Shown: positions 31,419 to 41,120 of the stretch, piece by piece
How the letters are laid out: every line of letters starts with the position of its first letter
Position numbering within the stretch: the first letter of the stretch is position 1
Source of the DNA: a virus
Taxonomy: Duplodnaviria > Caudoviricetes
DNA length: 64,000 nucleotides
IMG/VR virus record: IMGVR_UViG_3300031760_000045
Location: 5,151 to 69,150 of that record
Direction: 5' to 3' (one strand)
Notes under the pieces: model-generated
Told to the model about the DNA's origin: nothing
The model's input: the letters and a program-made list of their open reading frames with translations, nothing else
Database searches by the model: none
Translations under genes and position numbers: made by a program

Positions 31419-32316
31419 CTAACCCTCCACTTCAGCCTTTACAGTTTCTACCATGCTAACAAATGCCACAGTTTCAGCTATACCGCCAATTGGAACACCA
31501 CTGTTAATCTTGTCATACTTTTCAAGTGCTTCATTTACATATTCAGCACCGATATTTCTTTCGACCCACTTGGCAAGTTCAGACCGTAAATCGTAGTGTT
31601 TTCGTTTTGACTTTTTGAACAATATCATTCCCACTTCACCGACCTTTCTTCCATTGCGCAAAAGAATATCCAACAAAACCACATTCACATTCGTACTGAT
31701 ATTGCTCCGGATAACTTGTCAAAACTATATCTGTCCTTTGAAAAAGATTCTTTCCGCATTTAGGGCATTCAATATTTGTTAAAACTTTGTTTGTAAATTC
31801 TTGTGTGTACGGAGCCATTCGTTCAAATTGTTCCCATTTCATTCCCACTTTACCTTCCGCCCGCATTCAGAGCAGAATTTACCCAACCTTACTGGTTCTT
31901 TGCTTCCGGAAGGATACCATCCAACATTTCCACCGCAGTTTCCGCATGTGCATGTTCCATCTGAATCAACCTCTGGCTCAATCGCTTCCTGCTCTTTCAG
32001 CAGAGCAAGAACGTCCCACAACACGCCATCATACTCGTCTGTTTCACTGAGTATTTTGTTGACCCCGGCGATAACATTTTCCATTTTATTCATTCCATTT
32101 CACCTGCTTTCCGCACGAAGCACAGAACCTCTGCCCACTTACACACAGCGAATTACCACAATTACCGCAAGCATATCTGCGATTTGAAAGTGGAACCGGC
32201 TCAACTGCTTCCTGCTCTTTTAATTTCTTATTTAATTCACAGTTCAGGCTTATAGCAATTTGTGCTTCATTCTCAATTTCGTCCTGCAATTCCAAATAAG
32301 ATAGAGCATCCGTCAT
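31419..32316 (-). other. Small hypothetical CDSs (31419-31688, 31636-31866, 31839-32093, 32086-32316), several with CxxC zinc motifs
   Basis: The last two share LKEQEA(I/V)EP and C-terminal CxxCG.(K/Q)VKW. Confidence 0.55.
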
Positions 32317-32445
32317 TAACTCCCAGAAGCGCCCAAAGTCGCCTTGTTGATATATTTCGTATGGACAAAGTTTTCAACGCACAAAACACGGCTCTTTCGA
32401 GTCGTGTTCTGAACTATGAAAACTCTATGAGTCAATGCAATTTTA

Positions 32446-32487
32446 AGAGTCGGAGTCTGACACTCTATCCAGCTGAGCTACGGGCAC
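32446..32487 (-). other. attP core: 5' half of tRNA-Arg(CCG)
   Basis: Minus strand GTGCCCG TA GCTC AGCTGGATA GAGT G TCAGA CT CCG AC TCT, then the tRNA sequence is lost. A20 Arg determinant present; 154 bp from the integrase stop. Confidence 0.8.
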
Positions 32488-32499
32488 TCAACGCCGAAT

Positions 32500-32528
32500 A
32501 TATTAGCATTCCAGCATTCGATTGTCAA
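32500..32528 (-). promoter_or_regulatory. Sigma-A promoter (extended -10) pointing into the tRNA half
   Basis: TTGACA (32528-32523), 17 nt spacer, TG-n-TAATAT (32505-32500); ends 12 nt before tRNA position 1. Confidence 0.75.
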
Positions 32529-32563
32529 ATTTTTCTTGAGTGTTTTTTTAATTTTGAAGGTTT

Positions 32564-32661
32564 TGTCAACTTTTTTGTCAACTTTCAAGGCTCCAAAAAC
32601 TCCTGTGATCTTTGATTTATCTATCCTGCCGGGTTTGCAATCATGTCAACTTTTTTGTCAA
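32564..32661. repeat. Putative integrase arm-type sites
   Basis: TGTCAACTTTTTTGTCAA occurs at 32564 and 32644 (tandem TGTCAA with 12-bp period), beside the att core and overlapping the int 3' end. Confidence 0.55.
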
Positions 32662-33795
32662 TTCTTTAAGCGTTTCACTGAGCTTATCACTGGCGCTCTG
32701 AATATTATTTTTATTCCTGTCAATATATTTATTGAAGGTAAAACTAAAATCAGAATGTCCGGCAATAGCCTGTATGGTCTTGGGATCTACATTACTTGCC
32801 GCCAACAAAGTCAGATATGTGTGTCTGAAGATGTGTGGCGTGGCATTATGGAGGTTGATCGTCTTTCCAATTCTTTCCCATGTTCTTGCAAATTTAGACT
32901 GTGTCATGGGAGTTTCACCGCTGACAACGAATCCTTCCCCTCTGTTTTCCAGGAACGGACGTAATTCCTGTTGAATTGGGATGTCTCTGATGCCTGATTT
33001 GCTCTTGACGTAATCTTGGACGACTGAAGTGTTGCCCTTAAAAGTGACCTCAGATCTAACTAGAATCACGTTGTCCAGAACATTGTCCCATGTGAGGCCC
33101 AATACTTCTCCTCGTCTCATTCCGGTGAAGCATAATAGGGCCATTAACAAAGCATCGTTCTTTTTTAATTTGTGGATGTTGGAAACAATGTCGTTGAATT
33201 CAGTCACCGGCAGAGCATCCCGCTTGGTTTGCTTTTGCGGAAGCGTTATTCTTTTAGACAAGGTAGGATCTCCTTTCACCTTTCCGTCTTCGACTGCGTT
33301 CTGAAAAATTTCATGAAGCATAATCAGCATTTGTTTTGTATAAGATTTGGATAAATGCTGTTTGGTTTGAAAGAACTGCTGAATAACAGCCGTGTCGATC
33401 TGGGTAAGCTTCATATCGTCGAAGTACGGATGAAGATGACGATCCAGAAGAAATCTGTTTGTATCAGCCGTGGAAGGTTTCCAGCGGGGCTTAAGAAACA
33501 CATCAAAGATTTTATCGGTATACTCTTTGAATGTTTCACCAGTCGCTGGCGTCTGAAACTTTTTAATTGCAGACATAATAATATCAGTGAAAGTATTACC
33601 AGTAATCCATGTATGGGTACCATCCGGTAATGTAATATGAACCTTTTGCCGTCCCATTTCTTTTATCCTTTCATCGGTCGGCATTGACTCTATAGAGTTT
33701 TCAAGGTTCTGGGAGAGAAATTGCCCGACGATATATCGGGCAATTTCCTCTGCTTGAGTATATGAAATCAGATTTTCATTGTCAAACATTTTCAA
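32641..33795 (-). CDS. int: Tyrosine integrase
   Basis: TGMRRGE (Arg), HIFRH (HxxR), GHS and FNKY (Tyr) catalytic motifs; N-terminal SAM-like domain. Confidence 0.92.
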   Translation of the reverse strand: MKMFDNENLISYTQAEEIARYIVGQFLSQNLENSIESMPTDERIKEMGRQKVHITLPDGTHTWITGNTFTDIIMSAIKKFQTPATGETFKEYTDKIFDVFLKPRWKPSTADTNRFLLDRHLHPYFDDMKLTQIDTAVIQQFFQTKQHLSKSYTKQMLIMLHEIFQNAVEDGKVKGDPTLSKRITLPQKQTKRDALPVTEFNDIVSNIHKLKKNDALLMALLCFTGMRRGEVLGLTWDNVLDNVILVRSEVTFKGNTSVVQDYVKSKSGIRDIPIQQELRPFLENRGEGFVVSGETPMTQSKFARTWERIGKTINLHNATPHIFRHTYLTLLAASNVDPKTIQAIAGHSDFSFTFNKYIDRNKNNIQSASDKLSETLKELTKKLT

Positions 33796-34156
33796 TTCTC
33801 TCCAGAAAGGATAAGCTATCCATAAATTCGTTGTATTCTCCGATAATATTCAGGCAGCCAACAAATCTGAACTTGGGATCTTCTTCGGCTTTATAGAACG
33901 GATAGTACGGTTGACCCCCATATTCATCCATGACAAGAACATAGTCGTAGCTGTTCCATTCGCTGAGTTTCTTTGGAAAAGCAATGCATATAGTTGTGTC
34001 GCCATCTCCGACACTGTGAAAAGTGGAGTACCTTGCGTCCGGATGAATATAAGTTCCATGTGTTGATACGGGCATATTTTTAGCGTTCAACTCGTTTATG
34101 ATATCCTTTATTTTAATATCATCTTTAATCTTATACCTGTTGATAAATCTTTCCAT
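33782..34156 (-). CDS. Hypothetical protein
   Basis: AAGGAG RBS; overlaps the int start. Confidence 0.6.
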   Translation of the reverse strand: MERFINRYKIKDDIKIKDIINELNAKNMPVSTHGTYIHPDARYSTFHSVGDGDTTICIAFPKKLSEWNSYDYVLVMDEYGGQPYYPFYKAEEDPKFRFVGCLNIIGEYNEFMDSLSFLERIENV

Positions 34157-34525
34157 GATAACTCCTTACAGTATCAGTTTTCTCAGCGCGAACAACGTAA
34201 ACAGAAGAACCGTAAGTAGAATAATGGTCATTTGCCAGTCTGGTCTTCTTCTGAGCATTGTTCATCCTCCTCTAAGGACGGACAAAGATCTGTGTCTTTC
34301 AGCATTGCCACAGAAAAGTAACCTTCAATGCCGTTCAGATGCTTTATGTTTCTGTAGCATTTCATGTTGTCGCACTCGTTATAGCACCATGTGATATCAA
34401 AGTTCATATAATCACCCCTAAATAGATCAGACCTGCCACAACACAAATCCACAGAAGCACCATCATAAACACGAAAGACACAGGTACTTCCAAAAGATCT
34501 TCAAGCAGCGTATTATGTTTCAATT

Positions 34526-35065
34526 TTATTCACCTTCCAGGAATTTACGTTTGATAAAACCTTTGTCGGTTACAGCCCATTCTTTTGTAATATAAACAAC
34601 ATCGACGGTGGACTTGGGCTTAAGCCACTTGATAATCTTTCCGTCAATGTATTTTCTGACTGCCAGTCTTTGGGGACTGATAACCTTATACTCAGAATCA
34701 ACCTTTACGGGTTCGTCAAATACAATGTATCCTTTGTAAACCCAACCGTCGGTCAATTCCAGAGTCAGATTGCAGACATGCATATAGTCGTTCTTCTCTT
34801 TGCCGTCGAGATACAACTTCTGTCCGCACTGGAATAATCCAATCTCCTCACCCTTCCTTGAAGGCGTTTTCCGAACGTTGATCAGGTCATGCTCTTTGCA
34901 AAGAATGTATCCTTCGATATAGTTCTCTTCCTCTGCAATTCCAACACCTTTCAGACAGAGAAATGCTGCCATGATACAAGCGCCAAGAAGAAGAATTTCA
35001 AATACAGTTCTGATCCATGACCATAGTTCTGTATCTTTGAACTTTTTCAGTGTCATTCTTTCCAC
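34526..35065 (-). CDS. Membrane-anchored protein with two SH3b-like domains
   Basis: TM helix followed by INVRKTPS...IG.F..G and LAVRK...GKIIKWL. Confidence 0.6.
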   Translation of the reverse strand: MERMTLKKFKDTELWSWIRTVFEILLLGACIMAAFLCLKGVGIAEEENYIEGYILCKEHDLINVRKTPSRKGEEIGLFQCGQKLYLDGKEKNDYMHVCNLTLELTDGWVYKGYIVFDEPVKVDSEYKVISPQRLAVRKYIDGKIIKWLKPKSTVDVVYITKEWAVTDKGFIKRKFLEGE

Positions 35066-35261
35066 CTCTGTTGACCGCCGTAAATAGCATCCCTTTTAAA
35101 TTCCGGGCATTTAATGACGTTAAAGCTTGTTGCGCCTTCCTTATTCTTTGTGGGTTCAGCTTTCCAGCCTTCAACGGGCTTAAACAACGTAGACCACGAG
35201 CATCCGCCAATGGCGTTCCTGCAATCCCAGCAAAGCGTCGGAGGCTTATTGAAGGATGGAT

Positions 35262-35525
35262 TCATACTGTTTCCTCAGAAAGACAATAGCGAATGTAATG
35301 AACTGCTTCGCCAAATCTGTTCGTGGAATACTCAAGTTTCTTTTCAATTGGGAATCCCTGGCGTTCAATCTCAAGCATTCTTGCGCTGAGCCTCGTGATT
35401 CCCAAATCCTTAAAAGCTTCCATTGAAGAAATGGAACCAAACTGTCGGATATAATCCTTAATCTTTTCGCATTGATTCATCGTATTACTCCTTATAAGTA
35501 GTTTTTCATGAATGTCTCCATCCAC
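35262..35525 (-). CDS. Helix-turn-helix protein
   Basis: GSISSMEAFKDLGITRLSARMLEIERQG (phage wHTH). Confidence 0.7.
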   Translation of the reverse strand: MDGDIHEKLLIRSNTMNQCEKIKDYIRQFGSISSMEAFKDLGITRLSARMLEIERQGFPIEKKLEYSTNRFGEAVHYIRYCLSEETV

Positions 35526-35815
35526 TTGTCGTGCCCGTAGATTTCTTCAAAAGAAATTTGCGCATCCTTTTTTAATTGAATGTTCTTTTCCTTGTCGTAC
35601 TGAGCTCCTTCTGTCCCGGTATGACAGCCGTTACATAAATAAACCCACAGGCCAAACTTTTCGCTTAGCCTGCGGTTTGCTACTCCTCCAAGGATATGAT
35701 GCCGTTCAAGACATGTTTTCCGCCCACAGAGATAACATTGTTTTTCTCCCGGCTGAACGATAGACTTAGTCACGCCGTTCAACCTTCTTTCCCCATGCGG
35801 TAAGGAGCTTTTCAC
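35492..35815 (-). CDS. HNH-like zinc protein
   Basis: CYLCG...LERHHI.GG..NR..SE..GL.V.LC..CH. Confidence 0.65.
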   Translation of the reverse strand: MKSSLPHGERRLNGVTKSIVQPGEKQCYLCGRKTCLERHHILGGVANRRLSEKFGLWVYLCNGCHTGTEGAQYDKEKNIQLKKDAQISFEEIYGHDKWMETFMKNYL

Positions 35816-36446
35816 GCTCGTTTTCCGTCATCGTGGGAATGCCGAGATCGTTTGCTATCAAGACAACATAATCGATGATCCTGCTCATGGAGGCTGTATC
35901 GTACGTTGAACTACCGTAGTAGGCATGGACTTCTTTACGGTGTTCCACGTCATCACCCATGAAATCATCGTAATAGTCCTCAACATAATCATCTACAATC
36001 TCGGCAAACCATCCGGTTCCCTTGTCACTCCATCGTTTCAGAAACGTAGGAAGAGCTATCTCTTTCACAAGAAGATCCTCATACTCTCCTTTGGCTTTGA
36101 TAGCCTCTCTGTAGACTTCATTCTTTCCGTCCGTAGAATATTTAGAGGAAGCTTTTGCTATCTCTCCGCATAAATGCCAGAGGTAAGCGTTGGCGTCCAG
36201 ACTTCTTTTAGCGGAAAGCTTCTTGATTTCCACGCTGACATTCGAGTCTTTTAACTTATCGAACATCTCTCGGAAATCTTCGTTAACCGTAACCGTGATA
36301 TTCTGACTTTGATCACGGTTTATGGTCAGATCCTTCAATTTCCCGATCATAGTCATGCTCCTTAACAAATAAAAGCATTGCAAGAACTGCGTTGACCAAT
36401 GCAGAACAGATAAAGAGTGTTCTAATAGTAGAATCACCTTCAACAA
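35766..36446 (-). CDS. NinB/Orf-like recombination-associated protein
   Basis: KRSLDANAYLWHLCGEIAK and GSSTYDT..MSRIID..V..A..LGI motifs. Confidence 0.55.
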   Translation of the reverse strand: MLKVILLLEHSLSVLHWSTQFLQCFYLLRSMTMIGKLKDLTINRDQSQNITVTVNEDFREMFDKLKDSNVSVEIKKLSAKRSLDANAYLWHLCGEIAKASSKYSTDGKNEVYREAIKAKGEYEDLLVKEIALPTFLKRWSDKGTGWFAEIVDDYVEDYYDDFMGDDVEHRKEVHAYYGSSTYDTASMSRIIDYVVLIANDLGIPTMTENEREKLLTAWGKKVERRD

Positions 36447-36777
36447 TAAAAGCTGTTACTGCGCAGACAACCCATGCAATCGCACAAGCAATTGCAAGAA
36501 TCTTGTTAATCGTCATTTCATTTACCTTCTTCTATTATGTCCATGAATTCTTCTTCTGTTATATCAATTGGCGTATGCTCTTCGATAATCTTGAATATCT
36601 TGTGGGCAAATTTATTCAGCATTTCTTCTGTTACAAATCCATAGGGTTTGTATTCATAAGTAATTTCGTTTGGTTTGATGTTTATTGTCGGTGTTTTAGC
36701 GGTAGTTGTAACTGCATCCCATGTTCTAAGGTTTTCATACCCAATGGGTACAGTAAAAGCATCATAATAATTTGGCA

Positions 36778-37368
36778 TTAAATATCATCTACTTTCGACG
36801 CCAACATGTCTGCAAAATGAGTGTAGAGCACGTTGGGATATTTATGAATTGCTTTATCGAAGCCGTCCCAATCATCCGTTTCATAAGCTCCCATATGGAA
36901 CCGAATAGAAAGCATTTCTTCTTCAGTCAGAGGAACGAACTGAGACAGAAGCATAATGGATTTCGGCGCATGACCTTTCAGAATTGTGCTGGGGTTGTAT
37001 TCGTAATGTGATTTGCCGTTGGGATCAATGGTCATCACATTTCCTTCAACTTCTCTCGTTTCCTCATACACCAGAACATACTGATCTGTTTTGCATAAAT
37101 CATGGAACATTCCGACAATGAACGGACTCTGAGGTCTCAGCCAGTTAAGATGGTTATCCTGTGTCAACTCTTCCAACCGTGAATAAACGGTACGGCTGTG
37201 GTCGTAGAGACCGCCTTCGTACGCTCCGTGATACTTGGTTGAAGCTGGAGCCGTAAAGAAACCGCCGTTATCCAGCCAACGATAAAAGTCATCCTTCAGC
37301 TCAAACTTATTTCTGGTGCATAAATCCAGAAAATCACGGGTTCTTTCTTCTTTTGACAGAAATATCAT
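36778..37368 (-). CDS. HD-domain phosphohydrolase
   Basis: APASTKYHGAYEGGLYDHS, MFHDLCK, HA..S and IRFHMG motifs. Confidence 0.85.
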   Translation of the reverse strand: MIFLSKEERTRDFLDLCTRNKFELKDDFYRWLDNGGFFTAPASTKYHGAYEGGLYDHSRTVYSRLEELTQDNHLNWLRPQSPFIVGMFHDLCKTDQYVLVYEETREVEGNVMTIDPNGKSHYEYNPSTILKGHAPKSIMLLSQFVPLTEEEMLSIRFHMGAYETDDWDGFDKAIHKYPNVLYTHFADMLASKVDDI

Positions 37369-37626
37369 TGTTTCACCTCAATGCCTCTTATTTGCACATT
37401 CAACATTCTCAGCATATCAAGAAAGGGTTTTACAAGTTCTTTGTCGATATAATAGCTTTCACCGCTGAGAAGTTTTACGACAGCCTTGTCATCCATAACA
37501 GAAAAGGACGCAAGGTTTTCAACGTTGATATACCTTTTTATGTCCGACTGGTCGACAAAATAAATCCACATATTTTTCCCTTTCCAAAAGCGGGCCGGGG
37601 GCGGCTTTGAGGCCGCCCCGTCCCGC

Positions 37627-38517
37627 TTAGCAGTTAATGATATCGATGGCACTGCAAAGAATATCTATTTTGCTTTTCAGCTCGCCATACCTATCCTTCG
37701 CCTTTTCGTAAAGTTGCATATGCTCTTCCATAATCTTCTTCTGCTCTTCCTGCAAGCGCATAAGCGACTCCAATTTGGCTTCAATGCTGGTCTCTTTAAT
37801 GCCCTCTTCTTTTACCTCGACAGGCTTTACTTCGGCGGGCTTTTCTTCAACAGGCTTTACTTCATTGAAGTTTGCTTCAGTCTGATTGACAACAGGCTTC
37901 GTTGTTTCAGGATGCCGTTGCCGCCACGCATAAATCTTCTGCTTGGCTTTGGTCTTGCTGAACTTAAAGTTCTCCATTATCCAAGCGACCGGATCTCCGG
38001 AAGCAACGGCTTTCTCGTACCAATCTTCAATGTAAAGTCTGCCGTCCTTACCTTTCTTGCTAACAATCTCTTTCTTTTCGGCTTCTTCTTTAAGACGTTC
38101 CGCTTCACGCCTTCTCATGTTTTCTTCTTTCGCTCTTTCAATAAGCGTTTTCCCACCATAAAGAGGGATAGGCGGATCGTCATAAATCGTAGTCGCAAGA
38201 AGCTGTATTGCTCTTTTACCTTCCGGACAAGGAGTCTTGCACCTTGAACAAACGGAAATATCTCCGTTTGCCTTGGCGCAACATTTGATATATTTCTTTT
38301 TAATTTCTTCAAGTGACATATCCTGTAAAGGAACTGACGGATAATAATTTACAGGGCCGTTAGGCACATAAGCTATGTCATACTTTCTCATTTCTTTTAT
38401 TAATCTCCTTCGTATCTCGCTTCTATATTCTTTCTTGTTCTTGCCAAAGCTTCCAATGCTTCTTTTGAATACTCTGCAAACTCTACTGTTGCAAAGTTTC
38501 TTCCACAGGCAATACAT
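37627..38517 (-). CDS. Hypothetical charged protein with Cys cluster and C-terminal coiled coil
   Basis: Long ORF in the operon; no recognised family. Confidence 0.55.
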   Translation of the reverse strand: MYCLWKKLCNSRVCRVFKRSIGSFGKNKKEYRSEIRRRLIKEMRKYDIAYVPNGPVNYYPSVPLQDMSLEEIKKKYIKCCAKANGDISVCSRCKTPCPEGKRAIQLLATTIYDDPPIPLYGGKTLIERAKEENMRRREAERLKEEAEKKEIVSKKGKDGRLYIEDWYEKAVASGDPVAWIMENFKFSKTKAKQKIYAWRQRHPETTKPVVNQTEANFNEVKPVEEKPAEVKPVEVKEEGIKETSIEAKLESLMRLQEEQKKIMEEHMQLYEKAKDRYGELKSKIDILCSAIDIINC

Positions 38518-38675
38518 CTTTTGCGACGTTTTACCCCGTAAGACTGAGGCCTGCTCTCAAGAGTTTTATACATTTCTTCTTTCCCGCAATATGGACACTT
38601 CATCTTTACCTCACTCAAATAAAAGTTCCGGATACGGCAAAGTGCGGCACCAGTCGATGAATTGAGCCCACTCAT
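38400..38675 (-). CDS. NrdR-like zinc-ribbon protein lacking the ATP-cone (probable start MKCPYCG)
   Basis: MKCPYCG...TLESRP....KRRKRC..CG..F.T.E matches the NrdR N-terminus; the protein ends soon after. Confidence 0.65.
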   Translation of the reverse strand: MSGLNSSTGAALCRIRNFYLSEVKMKCPYCGKEEMYKTLESRPQSYGVKRRKRCIACGRNFATVEFAEYSKEALEALARTRKNIEARYEGD

Positions 38676-39261
38676 GAAGCTTATGACCTTCTCGCTGATG
38701 AATAATGTTTCTCAAAGCTGCATAGGAAATCATGACATAACGCTTCTGAATATAAGACTGCGGAAGAGCTTCAATGACGCTTCTCCAAATCTGCTTCTTA
38801 TACTTTTCGTCCTTCTCACATCTCCATGCCTCCATGCTGGTGTTGATGCTGTCCAGCATATAATGAAGATAATCATCATTCATACAGTCATGCTCAAAGT
38901 CAGTAACATCCAGAGGACGCCGCATCAGTGTATGCATGGTGCTCGTACTTACCTTTTCAACGCCAAAGCGGTAAGTGTCGAATTGAATCCACCATTCCCG
39001 AGGGGCTTCGATTTCCGCCCAAACCTGAATCATACGCAGATGTTTGCAATGTTCAGGGCCAGCCTTCTGAAGACGGAGAGACAGATCCCTGTCCTTGTCT
39101 CCAAGGGTAAATGTTTCTTCAATTGAATAGTCGCCGTTTTCGGGACTTCCCTTCTGAACCAAGTCCCAAGTACTATCGCTCTTTGACCATGACTGCATTG
39201 GGGCCCTCATGGCAAAGATTGCAGGAGCAAAACCATCCGTCTTAAGTGTCTTGATATTCAT
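38611..39261 (-). CDS. ThyX-like (FAD-dependent thymidylate synthase-related) phage protein
   Basis: HCKHLR.I.VW.EIEAPR.WW.QFDTYR...STSTMH and LPQSY.QKR...SY..LRNI..QR..HKL.EW pattern. Confidence 0.6.
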   Translation of the reverse strand: MNIKTLKTDGFAPAIFAMRAPMQSWSKSDSTWDLVQKGSPENGDYSIEETFTLGDKDRDLSLRLQKAGPEHCKHLRMIQVWAEIEAPREWWIQFDTYRFGVEKVSTSTMHTLMRRPLDVTDFEHDCMNDDYLHYMLDSINTSMEAWRCEKDEKYKKQIWRSVIEALPQSYIQKRYVMISYAALRNIIHQREGHKLHEWAQFIDWCRTLPYPELLFE

Positions 39262-39655
39262 GTCCAGTCACATCCTTATATGCTTTACGAATTTTAACAA
39301 GATCATCCAGAAGCAAGTCTTTATCAGCTTGCAACTGATAGATTTCCTTATACATTCCTTCAATACACTCTTTTACTTCAGCCGTGTTGTGATCCTCCGG
39401 GCAATAGGCACAGAAGCGCATACATGGGCCTTGATAGCTTGACAGCATTACGATCAATTCATGAGGAGTCGTTATTCATCACCTTCTTTTGCCAGTTCGG
39501 CGATGTAATCGTCAACAACCCTTTGTTGTTCTGATGTGAGGAATTTTGAATACAAGATTGCCTTAAGCTCAATACGTTTCATCTTTCGATTAAGCTTAAT
39601 GAGAGAGGAAATCAAACGCATCTGGTTCCGCTTATAGATCTCTAATTCTTCCAAT

Positions 39656-40027
39656 TTACCATTCCACCCATTTCACATTGTTTATGTCTGTAAGAATACA
39701 GGATTCCGTCACATTCGGATGCCTTTTGATCCAGTCGTTACAGCCTTCTTCGTCTGACAGATCGTCTCGAATCTTATCCAGAATATGCAGACCTTTCCGA
39801 TCAAGCTTTCTGACCAGATACTTACCGTCAGCCGTACATTTTGAATCGTCGAAGTTCCAATCCTTACGCCAGTCTCCGATCAGAACAATCCGGGAACCGG
39901 ACTCATTAACGATTCCTCTGAACTCCTTTACCCTTGCTTCAGAGATTCCCATCCTGCCGGAAGGAGCCAAAGCATCAGAACCTTCAAAGTTAAGAACGTT
40001 ATCTACTTGAAAAAAGATCACTTTCAT
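39656..40027 (-). CDS. HAD_SAK-like protein with a degenerate catalytic motif
   Basis: MKVIFFQVDNVLN versus consensus MKVIFLD(I/V)DGVLN; later IVLIGDWR and WIKRHP.V...ILTD. Confidence 0.55.
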   Translation of the reverse strand: MKVIFFQVDNVLNFEGSDALAPSGRMGISEARVKEFRGIVNESGSRIVLIGDWRKDWNFDDSKCTADGKYLVRKLDRKGLHILDKIRDDLSDEEGCNDWIKRHPNVTESCILTDINNVKWVEW

Positions 40028-40343
40028 AAGAGTTCTCCCGCCTTTTCAACGGAGACGAACTCACCTTTGGGAAGAGTGTTTCTGTACGGATACGGACCGC
40101 CGTTTCCGATGTCGTGCTTTCTGATGTAATCTACTTCGTCCTGCGGAAGCTCTTCAATAGGGCCAGGGTGTCTTCTGATATCCGCAGTGCCAAAGGCTAT
40201 GGCATCAAAGTAATCGTACTTTTCTGAGTGATACTTATCCTTGTAGTAAGCTTCGGCGGTCTTCTTATTCCGCGCATAACAATACTCGGTTCTCAAGATC
40301 CTGTTGTTTTTCCCAAGATCAATCCTATAAATGAATGTTGTTT

Positions 40344-41006
40344 TCATGGCGACTCCTCGATTTGTTTTATTTCGCCTTGCTGAATCAGCCAAGCGATAGC
40401 AACGGCAGCCGCATCAGATTCATCATCGCATTTATAGTTTTGTTTTCCGATATACTTTTCCAATCCGGCTGCAACTTCTTCTTTCTCTGCTTTACCAGAT
40501 CCGGCAACAAGTTTTTTTACAGTAACAGGATAGATGCTGTCCCACTCCTTTTCAGACATTTTCCACAGCATCAGATCCATTAAACCAACAACCTTGGATA
40601 AACTTCTTTCGGAGGTACTTTTCACATGCATTATTTCCGTTTCTCTTACAGCGAACGTATTTGAATCCAATGGGAAAAACGCCATATTAAAGCCTGTAAC
40701 AATGTCATCCAAAAGTTGTCCATGCGTTTTCTTCGTGTTGGTTTTATTGTCAATAGAGACTAGTTTTTTTACATCCAGTTTGACTTGTCCACCTGTCTTA
40801 TCAACAGAGAGTAAACAAAAACCTGGTCTTTTCAGACTCAGGTCAGCACCAAGTACTTTGTACTTTTCCGGAAAGATGATTTTCTCAGACTTCTTCACCA
40901 TGGAAAACCACCTTCTCAAAGGGCATACCGCAACAGGGGCAATAATTAAAAGAAGGACGATTCTCAATCCAATGAATGGATGTTGTTTGAATCGTCCACA
41001 GTTCAT
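40344..41006 (-). CDS. RuvC-like Holliday junction resolvase
   Basis: VLGADLSLKRPG, E residue, VTVKKLVAGSGKAEKEEV, DDESDAAAVA. Confidence 0.85.
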   Translation of the reverse strand: MNCGRFKQHPFIGLRIVLLLIIAPVAVCPLRRWFSMVKKSEKIIFPEKYKVLGADLSLKRPGFCLLSVDKTGGQVKLDVKKLVSIDNKTNTKKTHGQLLDDIVTGFNMAFFPLDSNTFAVRETEIMHVKSTSERSLSKVVGLMDLMLWKMSEKEWDSIYPVTVKKLVAGSGKAEKEEVAAGLEKYIGKQNYKCDDESDAAAVAIAWLIQQGEIKQIEESP

Positions 41007-41120
41007 CCCCGAATATAGGCCTTCCGGTGCAGTCTATAAAGAGACTGCAGTAAGAACAGCGCCATCCTTTTTGTGACGCATCCAATTCCAGTTTTGCATA
41101 GTCCAATTTAACCACTCCGT

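Noticed and set aside
32446-32487. Intact tRNA-Arg gene
   Set aside because: The sequence diverges right after the anticodon loop; there is no T-arm or acceptor 3' strand.
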